Origin: a virus
DNA length: 64,000 nt
IMG/VR virus record: IMGVR_UViG_3300025030_000081
Location: 11,883-75,882 of that record
Strand: one strand, 5' to 3'
Below, piece by piece: positions 27,672 to 36,948 of this stretch. How positions within the stretch are numbered: the stretch's first letter is position 1; each line of letters opens with the position of its first letter. A program made the position numbers and the translations under genes. The notes under the pieces are model-generated. The model was not told the DNA's origin. It did no database searches and was given only the letters and a program-made list of their open reading frames with translations.

Positions 27672-28055
27672 CTAGATTTTGGTAGTGATGAACGGCGCTT
27701 TAACTTTCTCGATCAGCGAGACGACGTCGGGCGAGTCGATCTGGGCGATGACCAGGGCGTTGAACACGCTCGAGTCACAGTATTGGGATGGCGCGCTCAC
27801 TTCCGTTTGGGTTTTGCGGAGATACGGCAGGATTTCAGACAAACCGACTTTGCCCATATCTTTGTGGGCAGCATCCAAGTACGCCCGAAGGGTCTTGTTC
27901 ATGGTTCTGATGGACCTCAAGGCGAGTTTCGCTGCAGGTGTGTTTTGTTCGTCCTGGATCATGTTTAACTCATTTTGCTTCTTTTTGGCAGCTTCCCGGA
28001 GTTCTTTGCAGATCTGGGTGGTCAGGGCGGTCAGTTCGGTTTTATTTAATTTCAT
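27672..28055 (-). CDS. Hypothetical protein
   Basis: AAGGA RBS. Confidence 0.6.
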   Translation of the reverse strand: MKLNKTELTALTTQICKELREAAKKKQNELNMIQDEQNTPAAKLALRSIRTMNKTLRAYLDAAHKDMGKVGLSEILPYLRKTQTEVSAPSQYCDSSVFNALVIAQIDSPDVVSLIEKVKAPFITTKI

Positions 28056-28100
28056 CTTTGTTTTCCTTTATTGGGTTAGTGGTTTATTGTTTATCGCCTT

Positions 28101-28193
28101 GCTGCCTACGGGATTTCCTCGTTCAGGAATACAATCCCGTCGCCCAAAGGGCTCGGGGATTCCATTCCTTCACTCGAAAATACCTACGGCAGC
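28101..28193. ncRNA. Putative multi-helix structured intergenic element
   Basis: GCTGCC/GGCAGC closing stem with internal ACGGGAT/ATCCCGT, TCCT/AGGA and GCCC/GGGC helices. Confidence 0.45.
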
Positions 28194-28196
28194 CGG

Positions 28197-28412
28197 CTAA
28201 TCGGGTTGGGCTTTGACCCATTCCAAGGCGGCCAGATGTTCCCGCTCTTCCTTTTCGTACCCGTCCAAAATGGCTTGGCAGGTTTCACCGCTCTCGCCAT
28301 AAAGTTCCTGCATCTGTTCAGGGGTGCGACCACGAAACGCCGCCCTTGCTCTTGCACCATTGTCTCCTTTAGTGCATTCCAGAATGCAAATTGCTTTTTG
28401 TTTCGGCGTCAT
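28197..28412 (-). CDS. Hypothetical protein
   Basis: ARAAFRG.TPEQMQE.YGESG.T pattern; RBS present. Confidence 0.6.
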   Translation of the reverse strand: MTPKQKAICILECTKGDNGARARAAFRGRTPEQMQELYGESGETCQAILDGYEKEEREHLAALEWVKAQPD

Positions 28413-28432
28413 ATCGATTCCTTTATGATTGG

Positions 28433-29440
28433 TTAGAAGATCTCGGATGCGACCGCGTGCGCCCAGTCACGGATGGCCGGAACCTGGAGCAGTTCCTTCT
28501 TGCGCTTCAGGGTTGCCCGGATCGAGGTGGTGCCGAACTCCAGCGGCAGGCGCTTGACGTACTTCATCAGGATGTCGGCGCTGGCCTCGTCGATGTAGGA
28601 GGCGACCATGTGGCTCACCGCGTAGAGCAGGGCCGGATCGTCGGGAACGGTGATCCCCGTGGGATCTCGCTTGATGTCGTTGATGCTGGGGAGCGAGGAG
28701 CAGTAGCTCAGGTAGGCGTTGAACTCATGGGCGATGCCGGCCGACAGGGTGCCGATAAGGATGTCCAGCATCCCGAGGGATACCTCCCTATCCTTGATCA
28801 GCTTGGAGGCGAATTCCCAGGTCCTGGGGCACGAGAAGGTGGTATCGTTGTGGTTGGGATCGAAGTTGTGCAGGTGTTCGGGACGACCCTCTATGTAGCT
28901 GACGATCCTGTGGTCGATGCCGTTACCGGTGGCCCACTCGATCCAGAGGCGCGCGTCGACGTCCAGCTCCAGGTGGATCAGGCGGGACTGCATGGCCGTG
29001 CTCATCCGGTTCACGATGGCGCCGTCGGTCACCTTGTTGCCGGCGCAGACGATGGCCACGTTCTTGTGCAGATGGTGGCTACCAACCTGCCGGTCCAGGA
29101 CGAGCTTGTAGGCTGCAGCCTGGACCGCCAGCGGAGCCGAAGGGAACTCGTCCAGGAACAGCAGCCAGCCGTCGTAACCGTCCGGTGGGGTATCCAGACC
29201 CTGCAACGGGAAGTGCTCCGGCGGGGCGTAACCCATGCGGGATCCGTTATGGGTGGGGAAACCGCAGAGGTCGGTAGGGTCGCACTGGGACAGGCGGAGG
29301 TCGATCACCTTGAGCCTGAACTGCTTGGCTATGCCACGGATGATGTCGGATTTGCCGATGCCCGGGCTTCCCGCGATATAGGGAACCAGGCCGGCAGCGA
29401 GTATGGTGACTACTGATTCCTGTAAGTCTTTCGAGTTCAT
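28433..29440 (-). CDS. MoxR-like AAA ATPase (N4 gp24-like)
   Basis: GSPGIGKS, LLFLDE, VCAGN, SRL.H, CPRTW. Confidence 0.9.
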   Translation of the reverse strand: MNSKDLQESVVTILAAGLVPYIAGSPGIGKSDIIRGIAKQFRLKVIDLRLSQCDPTDLCGFPTHNGSRMGYAPPEHFPLQGLDTPPDGYDGWLLFLDEFPSAPLAVQAAAYKLVLDRQVGSHHLHKNVAIVCAGNKVTDGAIVNRMSTAMQSRLIHLELDVDARLWIEWATGNGIDHRIVSYIEGRPEHLHNFDPNHNDTTFSCPRTWEFASKLIKDREVSLGMLDILIGTLSAGIAHEFNAYLSYCSSLPSINDIKRDPTGITVPDDPALLYAVSHMVASYIDEASADILMKYVKRLPLEFGTTSIRATLKRKKELLQVPAIRDWAHAVASEIF

Positions 29441-29494
29441 GGTATCTCCGAATTCCGAATTGGTTATTGATTTTATGAAACCCGCCGGAGGCGG

Positions 29495-30010
29495 CTATTC
29501 TCCAGGTTCGCATACCTGGCAGGTGTCGTGCCGCACCGCCTCTGCCAGCCGGAAATTGTTCAGGTTGACGTCGAAGAGACCCTGAGCACCCTTAGCCGGA
29601 ACAGGCTTTTCAAACGCCCGCACTTTTTCCAGTTGCCATGCAAAGCGCCCAGGGCTGAAGTCTCCGAACGGATAATCGCCGCCGATCTGACTGAGCGACA
29701 TGGTATCGGTGCGGACACAATCCACCAGTTGGACAACGCCAAGTGCTGCACCAAACGGAAGATCGTCAATCCCTATGAGCGCTTTGGGGATCAGTGTGTC
29801 ACCGTGTAGAGGGGCGAGTCCCCTCTGAAAATCTTCCTTGAACAGCGGCCCAAAAAGGTAATCCTTCAGTTTGTACTTAGGAAGCCCACCTTTGGCAGCG
29901 TAGATCACGATAGGGCCGCGATACCGAGTTGCCCACGACCTGGTTTCAAACCTCTTGGCACCAGTGAAAATCAGAGATGCCCATGGTTGCCACAAGCTAA
30001 GCCCTTTCAT
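29495..30010 (-). CDS. ASCH domain protein
   Basis: LSLWQPWASLI..GAKRFETRSW..YRG, KGAQGLF. Confidence 0.88.
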   Translation of the reverse strand: MKGLSLWQPWASLIFTGAKRFETRSWATRYRGPIVIYAAKGGLPKYKLKDYLFGPLFKEDFQRGLAPLHGDTLIPKALIGIDDLPFGAALGVVQLVDCVRTDTMSLSQIGGDYPFGDFSPGRFAWQLEKVRAFEKPVPAKGAQGLFDVNLNNFRLAEAVRHDTCQVCEPGE

Positions 30011-30089
30011 CTTCCCCCTCCCCAAATATCCCCAGCCGCACAGGGCAGAGGATGGTTAATTGTCTTTGTGCTGCGGTCAGTTTTAACCA

Positions 30090-30437
30090 TCAGTACACCT
30101 CGTAAAGGAGCTGCGCGATGAACTCCTTCATCGCCTTGTTGGACCACTCCTTCATCTTCAGGCGGGGCATGCGGATCAGGATGGCCGGATGGTCATACAT
30201 CATGACGTGGACCAGGGTGCGCTTCCTGTTGACGAAGGCCGTCCAGTCTCGGCCCTTGGCGCAGTCCATCGATTTAGAGACCTGGTCGACCTGCAGGTTG
30301 TAATCCAGCTTCAGGCGGACTCGGCGTTTGATGGGTACCTCTTCTTCCACCGGGATGAGAACACCCTCTAGCTGCATGTTTTCGAGCTCTCTTTTTGTCC
30401 GGTCTGTCAAGCCTGCTGCATCGATTCTGTACAGCAT
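30090..30437 (-). CDS. Hypothetical protein
   Basis: AAGGAG RBS before ATG 30437. Confidence 0.55.
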   Translation of the reverse strand: MLYRIDAAGLTDRTKRELENMQLEGVLIPVEEEVPIKRRVRLKLDYNLQVDQVSKSMDCAKGRDWTAFVNRKRTLVHVMMYDHPAILIRMPRLKMKEWSNKAMKEFIAQLLYEVY

Positions 30438-30454
30438 CTGGGTCTTCTCCTTTC

Positions 30455-31084
30455 CTATTCTCCCGGGAAGCGCAGCAGCTTCATGTAGTCGGTATCCGCG
30501 GCAGTCACCACGTCGGTGGTCCCCTCGTACTGGGGTTTTCTGCCTTGCCGTCTTGCTTTCGCATATTCCGTAGCACACTGCTTATGCTGGTATACGAAAC
30601 TTTTTTGCCCATTAAAACTTTCGGTCATGTTTTTAGTAAAATCGTACTTACCACACAACCTACATTTTCTTTTATTAGCGTTTCCGCAGTCTTTATACGC
30701 TTGCATTGACCGATGAATTTCGGTGTGTTCTGCCCGTGTTAGGGCCAGCAAGTTTTCTATTCTGTTGTCAGTTTTTATTTCATTTATGTGGTGGGATACT
30801 TCAGATGGTAATAACTGACGTCCAAGAAAATTCTCCAACACCATTACATGTTCGTATGTGTATGGGTTTTTTCTTCCAATTCTTTTGTCTGCAACTTTTA
30901 TGTAACCGCCTGATTTTATTTTTCCACCACTCCATGAGGATGATTCTGCTCCGGCTAGAGTTGTTACTTTTGCGTGGTGATGCTGCACGAATCTACGATA
31001 TTCACCCTTTTTAATACCTTCACTTGTTGTTGTTTTAGTAGCCATAGCAGTCGGCATTCCACAACCACATTCGCATAATTTCAT
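30455..31084 (-). CDS. Free-standing HNH endonuclease
   Basis: CECGCG N-terminus; EHVMV..LGR.L...HHINEIKTDNRIENL; AT-rich; extended -10 (TG-TATACT) upstream. Confidence 0.88.
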   Translation of the reverse strand: MKLCECGCGMPTAMATKTTTSEGIKKGEYRRFVQHHHAKVTTLAGAESSSWSGGKIKSGGYIKVADKRIGRKNPYTYEHVMVLENFLGRQLLPSEVSHHINEIKTDNRIENLLALTRAEHTEIHRSMQAYKDCGNANKRKCRLCGKYDFTKNMTESFNGQKSFVYQHKQCATEYAKARRQGRKPQYEGTTDVVTAADTDYMKLLRFPGE

Positions 31085-31144
31085 ATACTACTCCTTTTTC
31101 ATATTTGTCATAGTATACACTGTCTACCAGCAACAACAACAACA

Positions 31145-32296
31145 TTATTCTTCTGGTGGCCTTAATAGTTTATTCCAATCTGTATCCATTGCTGTACAGT
31201 CATCTCGTGCCCCTTGATAGATCGGCTGGAACAGCGAACCGTCTTCGTAGTAGTACTTGTAGCGGATCTCGACGAACTCCCCGATCTGCGGGATGGCGTA
31301 GTTGGCCGGTATGGTCACGTTGCCCACCGGCACCCAGACCTGCTTGGCCAGGTCGTAGCAGGCGAGTGCCACGCTTCTCTTGCCTTCAGTGATCCCGGTA
31401 ACGATGGCCTGGGTGTGCTGCCAGAAGATCACCTTGAGCTGGTCGCCCAGGCGGTTCGGCCGTCCTTCGGTATGCGCCGCGTCCAGTCGCTTGAAGACGA
31501 CCCCTTCCCCGCCGGCCGATTTCACCCTGTCCCAGAGTTCCTGCTTGGCTGCAGTCGAGGTCCACAGCGGTACCAGCTCAACGGAGTCGTTGCAGTAGGT
31601 TCGGTGAAATTCCAGCAGGTCGTTGTAACGCTGCAGATAGGGGTGGCTTTTGCGGGAAAAGCAGTTCAGATCCAGGAGGTCGAACGCGTAGAGCTTGCTG
31701 CCGATTATCTCACCGTCCAGCTGCAAGGAGAACAGCGCCGCGTTGAAGCTGACGGGCGTAGGGACGGTGAACCCGAGCTTGTTGGCTCCCCGCGGTTCCC
31801 GGTTCGTGGGATCGACCAGCACCGTATGGCGCCTGCCGTTCTTCTTCTCCTGGGCTCCCCAGGCGTCGTCGTCGAGGTAGGCCTGAGCCTCCTCCTCGGA
31901 GATCTCGTTCAATAGTTGGGGCAGGAAGCCGGAGGGGATCTTCTCCATGGCTTTCTTGCGGGTGTCCGTCATGACCCTGGTGTCGACCATCACATCGTCA
32001 ACCATGATGGTCTTGACAGTGAAGTCGCCTGTGCCCGGGTCCACGGCAACCTGGTGCCCCCAGACGTTGCCGCTGATCCCGTTGGCTACCTGGTAACCCT
32101 TGGCCAGCTTCTCGTTGAATTTCTTGGTGAACTCCGCGGCGGCTTTGGCTGCAGTCGGGTGGTCCTGCTGGGACATGGCCAAGCCCGATCCGCGCCGGCC
32201 ATAGGCCACATGCAGGGCGGTCCCGTTCTGCAGGAGATGGTATACCTTGTCGGATCCGCCGCCGGTGAAGTGGAGGTCGGCTGTCTGTTTTGTCAT
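31145..32296 (-). CDS. WGR-domain ATP-dependent DNA ligase-like protein
   Basis: SDKVY...YGRRG (WGR-like); QEKKNG, LDGE, AFDLL, EGVVFK ligase motifs; C-terminal OB fold. Confidence 0.8.
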   Translation of the reverse strand: MTKQTADLHFTGGGSDKVYHLLQNGTALHVAYGRRGSGLAMSQQDHPTAAKAAAEFTKKFNEKLAKGYQVANGISGNVWGHQVAVDPGTGDFTVKTIMVDDVMVDTRVMTDTRKKAMEKIPSGFLPQLLNEISEEEAQAYLDDDAWGAQEKKNGRRHTVLVDPTNREPRGANKLGFTVPTPVSFNAALFSLQLDGEIIGSKLYAFDLLDLNCFSRKSHPYLQRYNDLLEFHRTYCNDSVELVPLWTSTAAKQELWDRVKSAGGEGVVFKRLDAAHTEGRPNRLGDQLKVIFWQHTQAIVTGITEGKRSVALACYDLAKQVWVPVGNVTIPANYAIPQIGEFVEIRYKYYYEDGSLFQPIYQGARDDCTAMDTDWNKLLRPPEE

Positions 32297-32307
32297 TGGT
32301 TACTCCT

Positions 32308-32478
32308 TTAGTAGTCGCAATGCCTGTTGTGGTAGCCGCCGAGTACCTCGATCATGTGCTCGTAGTGCGCCTCTTCCAGCCTCTCAATCAGCGCCCGGCA
32401 CTCCGGGCAGAGGCAGTCCTTCTGCTCCGTGCAGGGGCCGTCCTGCTTCGCCTCGCAGTCGTTTTCACGTAAGGTCAT
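32308..32478 (-). CDS. 56-aa Cys-rich protein (not in ORF track)
   Basis: MTLRENDCEAKQDGPCTEQKDCLCPECRAL...; overlaps upstream stop. Confidence 0.55.
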   Translation of the reverse strand: MTLRENDCEAKQDGPCTEQKDCLCPECRALIERLEEAHYEHMIEVLGGYHNRHCDY

Positions 32479-32761
32479 GGCTATCCCCCTGTATCTCCAC
32501 CTCCGGTTCCGGTTCCGGTTCCGGTACCGCGCAGATATGGGGCATCACCTTCACCGCGACATTCCCGAGTCCCCGGGAAAGCTGGGACATGATGCGCACC
32601 CCGCATTCGGCGCAGTAGACCTCCACGTCGATATCGAAGGATTGCCGGGGCTGGAAGTTATGGTTGAAGTTGATCAGGTAGGTCCCGTGCCGGTTGGCCT
32701 TGCAGAGGTCCACACCCTTCTGCGTCTCGTAGTGCTTGCCGCATTCGCATTTGGAAGTCAT
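32465..32761 (-). CDS. Cys-rich protein with (PE)4 tail
   Basis: AAGGAG RBS; CECG, CAEC; ccggtt repeats. Confidence 0.6.
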   Translation of the reverse strand: MTSKCECGKHYETQKGVDLCKANRHGTYLINFNHNFQPRQSFDIDVEVYCAECGVRIMSQLSRGLGNVAVKVMPHICAVPEPEPEPEVEIQGDSHDLT

Positions 32762-32772
32762 GTCGTTTCTCC

Positions 32773-33381
32773 TTAACTGCCCCAGGCATCAAGAGCTGCC
32801 TGCCGCTCCTTGGCCAGGAACGCCCTGGTTTCCTCGTCGAACATCTCCTCGATGTTGGCGTCCGGATCCAGTAGGGCAACCCAGTCTTCACCGACATAGT
32901 GAGTCGACCTGATGATGATGAGGATGCCGTCGGTACGCCTGATCGCCTCGAAGCTGGTGTTCTTGTGGTTGATCTTCTCGATCGGCAGCACGTAGGTGCC
33001 GTAGAATTTGCAGCCGTAATGACTGCGGGTATCGGGACTTCTTTCCGACCAGCCTCTGGTGCCGCCCATATGCCCGCACAGGCCGGCGTTGCCGCCCAGG
33101 AACTTGACGCCTTCCGGTTTGTCCTTCTGGTCGGTGGGGAGGAAGTAGGCGGCCGTGAACAGGTCGGAGAACTTCGACGCGTTGGGCATGAGGAGAGGCC
33201 GGTAGGTTTCCTTGCCGGCCTTGAAGGTATTGAAGGCAGCCTCGATCCAGCCGCCGATGTAGTTATCCAGATGGTTCAACCCGGCCAGCTGGATGAAGGT
33301 GGTGAAGTTGTCGGAAACCTTGAATGCATCGTTATGCTTCCTGAACAGGGCGTAGGCGTCTTCCGTCTTATGCAGTGCCAT
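32773..33381 (-). CDS. Hypothetical protein
   Basis: AGGAGG RBS; host-like codon usage. Confidence 0.65.
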   Translation of the reverse strand: MALHKTEDAYALFRKHNDAFKVSDNFTTFIQLAGLNHLDNYIGGWIEAAFNTFKAGKETYRPLLMPNASKFSDLFTAAYFLPTDQKDKPEGVKFLGGNAGLCGHMGGTRGWSERSPDTRSHYGCKFYGTYVLPIEKINHKNTSFEAIRRTDGILIIIRSTHYVGEDWVALLDPDANIEEMFDEETRAFLAKERQAALDAWGS

Positions 33382-33598
33382 CCGGTGCCTCCTTGTCGTA
33401 GATGTTTCCCTTATCGTCGATGACTGCAGCCAGGTGGTAGGAGTCGGTCCATTGGGCGCAGCATTCGTCGCAGCTGCATTCCTGGTAAGCGTTGCCGTTA
33501 TCGATCGTCACACTGTTACCCTGCACGGAATCGCTGCCGCAGATCGGGCAGGCGGACCCGTCACTTCTCAGATAGGCTTGCGCCTGTTCGTTGGTCAT
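33368..33598 (-). CDS. Zinc-ribbon protein
   Basis: CPICGS...CDEC.A.W.D.Y. Confidence 0.65.
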   Translation of the reverse strand: MTNEQAQAYLRSDGSACPICGSDSVQGNSVTIDNGNAYQECSCDECCAQWTDSYHLAAVIDDKGNIYDKEAPDGTA

Positions 33599-33766
33599 GC
33601 CACTCTCCTTATCGTTTACCCAATCGGTATTTGTCGCTATTCCCCTCGATCTGACAGAGCTTCCGTTCGGGCCTTGGCCACTGGTACTCACCTTCCAGCT
33701 CCCGGCGTTCCTCTTCCGACAAGACACGGCCCTGGTTGAAGGTGAATGGTTCAGGTCGCTGCAGAA

Positions 33767-34012
33767 TCACCGGTTACCTCCCCTGGTTATGGTGACTTCC
33801 GAATCCTTGAAATAGGCAAGACAGCCCGGACTGTTGTGAAACGGCGGCTTCTCCAGGATGACCCCGTACCTGAACCATTCCTCACCTTTTCTGGTGTACC
33901 ACCAGAAGGGGCTGAACTCGATCTCAACCGCCAGTCCCGGTCCCAGCTCGGTCGTGCAGGGCTGGTGTTCGATCGTGTAGCGGTACACCTCCATGCGTTC
34001 CAGCTGGCTCAT
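33767..34012 (-). CDS. Hypothetical protein
   Basis: AAGGAG RBS. Confidence 0.55.
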   Translation of the reverse strand: MSQLERMEVYRYTIEHQPCTTELGPGLAVEIEFSPFWWYTRKGEEWFRYGVILEKPPFHNSPGCLAYFKDSEVTITRGGNR

Positions 34013-34031
34013 AGTTTCTCCTTATTATTCG

Positions 34032-34595
34032 TTAGGCGCCGGCATCCAGCGCAGCGTCGTAAGCCTTGGCTTCACGGTCCATAGTCAGTGCAGACCTAAC
34101 GGCGTCCAGTATCCGGCACAGGTAGGCGTATTCAGGGTTTTCAATGGTAGGCAAGCGGTACCACCACTCTTCCCCGAAGATTTCCACCATCGCTTTGCCG
34201 TGTACGTCATGGAGTGTTTCGACTCGTTCGACGCCTTCCAGATTCTCAGCCATTTCGAACAGCTCGCGCGCCTGCTCTTTGTCAATCCACCTTTTCTTGA
34301 ACTCCTTGATGATCCACCTCTTCGCGTGCTTGACCAACTCTTCCAGATCATAAATGTGGTCGCTGATGCCCCGGTTGAAATTGTTGGCGAGATAGTCGTT
34401 GTTACAGGACAGCAGGAACCCACGGATGTCGTGGTCACCCATACCGCCCCAAGAGGCAACCCACGACTTGTCCCAGCAGGTGATCGTCGCTTTTCCGCAC
34501 CTTGGCCCTAAGTCTTCAAGGAATACTGTGATGGTGTCCAGTCGCGGTACTTCGGTTATGGTCACTTTTGTGACGACTGCTTCTTCTACCTTCAT
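34032..34595 (-). CDS. Conserved phage hypothetical protein
   Basis: LD.I.V.LED.G...G..TI.C...SW...WGGMG...NP.Y.YL.RI pattern common in phage accessory genes. Confidence 0.7.
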   Translation of the reverse strand: MKVEEAVVTKVTITEVPRLDTITVFLEDLGPRCGKATITCWDKSWVASWGGMGDHDIRGFLLSCNNDYLANNFNRGISDHIYDLEELVKHAKRWIIKEFKKRWIDKEQARELFEMAENLEGVERVETLHDVHGKAMVEIFGEEWWYRLPTIENPEYAYLCRILDAVRSALTMDREAKAYDAALDAGA

Positions 34596-34714
34596 GGTTT
34601 CTCCTTGGGTACCCGGAAGCGCAGGTGCCGGCGACTATCTGCATCGTGCATGACGGTCAGCTGGTGCTGGGCGACGTCCTTCAAGAACTGCTCTTCGGTG
34701 GGTTCCTGGCTCAT
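34592..34714 (-). pseudogene. 40-aa truncated gene remnant (FLKDVAQHQLTVMHD..RHLRF)
   Basis: AGGAG RBS; resembles the N-terminus of a longer phage protein family but stops at the ATGA of the next gene. Confidence 0.45.
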
Positions 34715-34970
34715 ATCGGCTCCTAGGGTATCTAAAGTTAAACTTTCGTGACTATCTGTCATATCACAGTTAGCTGTAGGAATTCACCCGAAATCGAGTG
34801 TTAGGTGTCATGTTGGAGGTATGCACTTTTCGTGATTTTTGAAAAGTTACCATGCATGTTTTGGGTATTTTTCACAGTGCCATTTTCAACCCGTAAAAAT
34901 GCACAAAAGCAGCCGGAGGCTGCCCTGTATCGTGGAGGATAAAACAGCTAAGCGAAGTTAACTTTTAGGT

Positions 34971-35006
34971 AAACAAAAAACTGCCTACCCGGTTAGGGGT
35001 AGGCAT
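34971..35006 (-). terminator. Intrinsic terminator after RNAP2
   Basis: Minus strand TGCCTACCC-ctaacc-GGGTAGGCA then GTTTTTT. Confidence 0.75.
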
Positions 35007-35010
35007 GTGG

Positions 35011-36219
35011 TTATGAGAGGAAGTAGTCGGCTTCCATGATGTGGTCGCCCAGATCGTCGGACAGTTTGGCGTAGTTGTAGCGGCGGTCGTTCCTGAGCTC
35101 CCTGATGATCTGGACGCCGACGTTGCTGTCGGCCAGCTCCGCCAGGATGTCCCGGTAGACCTCCCGCATCTCGTTGGCGTAGTTGGGGTGGCACTTGAAT
35201 GCATCGTGGATGGTGAGGACCGGGAAGCTTGGTCTGGTGAGGGTTTCCTGGATCAAGGAAAGGAGCTCTTCAAGGTAACCAACGGTGAACTGACTGATGT
35301 TCTCCGGGTTGACGATCTCGACACCGCGCAGGCTGAGGAAGCCGTGGTTCGCTGCGTTGATCTCGAAGGGGTGGGTGGGTTCGGTAACCCGGGAGGTGAG
35401 TTTCTGATACTGGATCAATGCGGCTACGTCCTCGAGGTGATCCCGGTCGTAGTTGCAGCGCCTGACGGTCTCCCTGACGAGGAAGCCGTCAACCGAGTGG
35501 GTGGCATTGGCGGCCACTGCCAAGCCGTACTCGGAGCCGATGTTCTCCTCGTAGACGTAGGTGAGGGTGGCGTGATCCAGCTCGTCGATCTCGATCTTGG
35601 ACTTCATCTTCTGAAGCACCGGTACCTTCGCCTGATAGCCGTCAGGCAGAGTGTTGTGGTGGAAGAGGGCATTGGGCTGCCATGAGGCCAAGAGCTCCTG
35701 CATGAGGAAGCAGGCGCCCGGAGCGACCATTTCCTGAGCCTGATAGAAGGCGTAGAGCTCAGGGGACTCGTCTCCGAAGATCCGCTTGGGAGTAGCCACG
35801 CTCCCATAGTAGTGAGTCATCGTCGCGGATTTGGCGTCCGATCTCGGCACCACCACCTCGCTCGGCAAGAGCTCGTTCATGGCTGCCGTGCACTGGCCGT
35901 ACATGTCCATGCGCTTCTTACCGGTGACCCCGGTGTTGGCGCTGGTCACCGGGCAGCCGGTGAGGATACCCAGTATCGAGATCCCCGAGGCGCAGGCGTC
36001 CAGCTCAACCAGAAAGCCAGAAGGTCTCCCGGCCAGAGCGTCCTCCAGAGCCAGCACACCGGCAAGGAACTGGGCGGGCTTCTCGGCCTGAGCCACCTTG
36101 GAACGCAGATCCTTGATCGAATCCACCCAAGCGATGCGCTGTCTGAAGCTCTTCTTGTCCAGCCCGTAGTTGTTGGCGATGTCGATCTTGATGTATTCAA
36201 GCGCTGAAAATTTCATCAT
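35011..36219 (-). CDS. N4-like RNA polymerase II subunit 2 (gp16-like)
   Basis: YIKIDIAN.YGLDK, LDACASG, R..AK...MT.YYGS, N..HSVDG, IHDAF motifs. Confidence 0.92.
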   Translation of the reverse strand: MMKFSALEYIKIDIANNYGLDKKSFRQRIAWVDSIKDLRSKVAQAEKPAQFLAGVLALEDALAGRPSGFLVELDACASGISILGILTGCPVTSANTGVTGKKRMDMYGQCTAAMNELLPSEVVVPRSDAKSATMTHYYGSVATPKRIFGDESPELYAFYQAQEMVAPGACFLMQELLASWQPNALFHHNTLPDGYQAKVPVLQKMKSKIEIDELDHATLTYVYEENIGSEYGLAVAANATHSVDGFLVRETVRRCNYDRDHLEDVAALIQYQKLTSRVTEPTHPFEINAANHGFLSLRGVEIVNPENISQFTVGYLEELLSLIQETLTRPSFPVLTIHDAFKCHPNYANEMREVYRDILAELADSNVGVQIIRELRNDRRYNYAKLSDDLGDHIMEADYFLS

Positions 36220-36890
36220 GGGATACTCTCCTGTATTTTATGTGGAAGTTTGTGATTTAAGATGTATTGGTTTCTGTGAGTTACAGCGGCGTGTTCTGTA
36301 GGGAAGACACCAAGGTGTATGTTTTGAAATTTAACACAAATTCTTGCTCTCCACCTACCTTCACCAATACAATTAACACCCATAAAATTGAATTTAGTAT
36401 TTAGCATTTTATTACGATTTGCTTGTTGAGCTGGTTTAGCAACCCAATGACAATTATCAGGTGAATACCCTAAATCATTATTTTGGCGGTCTAGTTCTAA
36501 TGCTTCGTTAAAGCCATTTTGTCTAGCCCATTGAGCAAACACAGCATAGTCTTTCCACTCTGGGCATATGCTTATTCCTCTTGCACCATATCTACGATAT
36601 GCTTTGGATTTAGGATTATTACATCGTTGATTCATTGATTTCCAGCGTTTGTATAGTATGGATAGCCCATGTTGGGGAGCTTCTCCGTGGATAGTTTGTT
36701 CTGTGAATTGCCCACAACCACATGTTTTAGCTCTACCTGATCTAACATTACCAAGTACCATTACTTTTGTTGAACCACACTCACACTGAAATAAGGCCAA
36801 TCTACAGTTTTGTTTGAGGCGTGGAGCATCCTGTAAATAGGTCAATTTGTTGAACTTATCACCATGATTAATGTGGATAACTTTTGGCAT
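36216..36890 (-). CDS. HNH-AP2 homing endonuclease
   Basis: W..M..RC.NP..YGARGI.IC.EW, LDR.NND.GYSPDNC.W, C-terminal AP2-like domain; AT-rich; AGGAGG RBS. Confidence 0.88.
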   Translation of the reverse strand: MPKVIHINHGDKFNKLTYLQDAPRLKQNCRLALFQCECGSTKVMVLGNVRSGRAKTCGCGQFTEQTIHGEAPQHGLSILYKRWKSMNQRCNNPKSKAYRRYGARGISICPEWKDYAVFAQWARQNGFNEALELDRQNNDLGYSPDNCHWVAKPAQQANRNKMLNTKFNFMGVNCIGEGRWRARICVKFQNIHLGVFPTEHAAVTHRNQYILNHKLPHKIQESIP

Positions 36891-36919
36891 ATAGCCTCCT
36901 TTGAGCAATCGTGTCGTAT

Positions 36920-36948
36920 GATATACTCTATGGGTGGCTATATGTCAA
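36920..36948 (-). promoter_or_regulatory. Sigma70-like promoter for HNH-AP2/RNAP2
   Basis: TTGACA-17 nt-TATATC on the minus strand. Confidence 0.7.
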
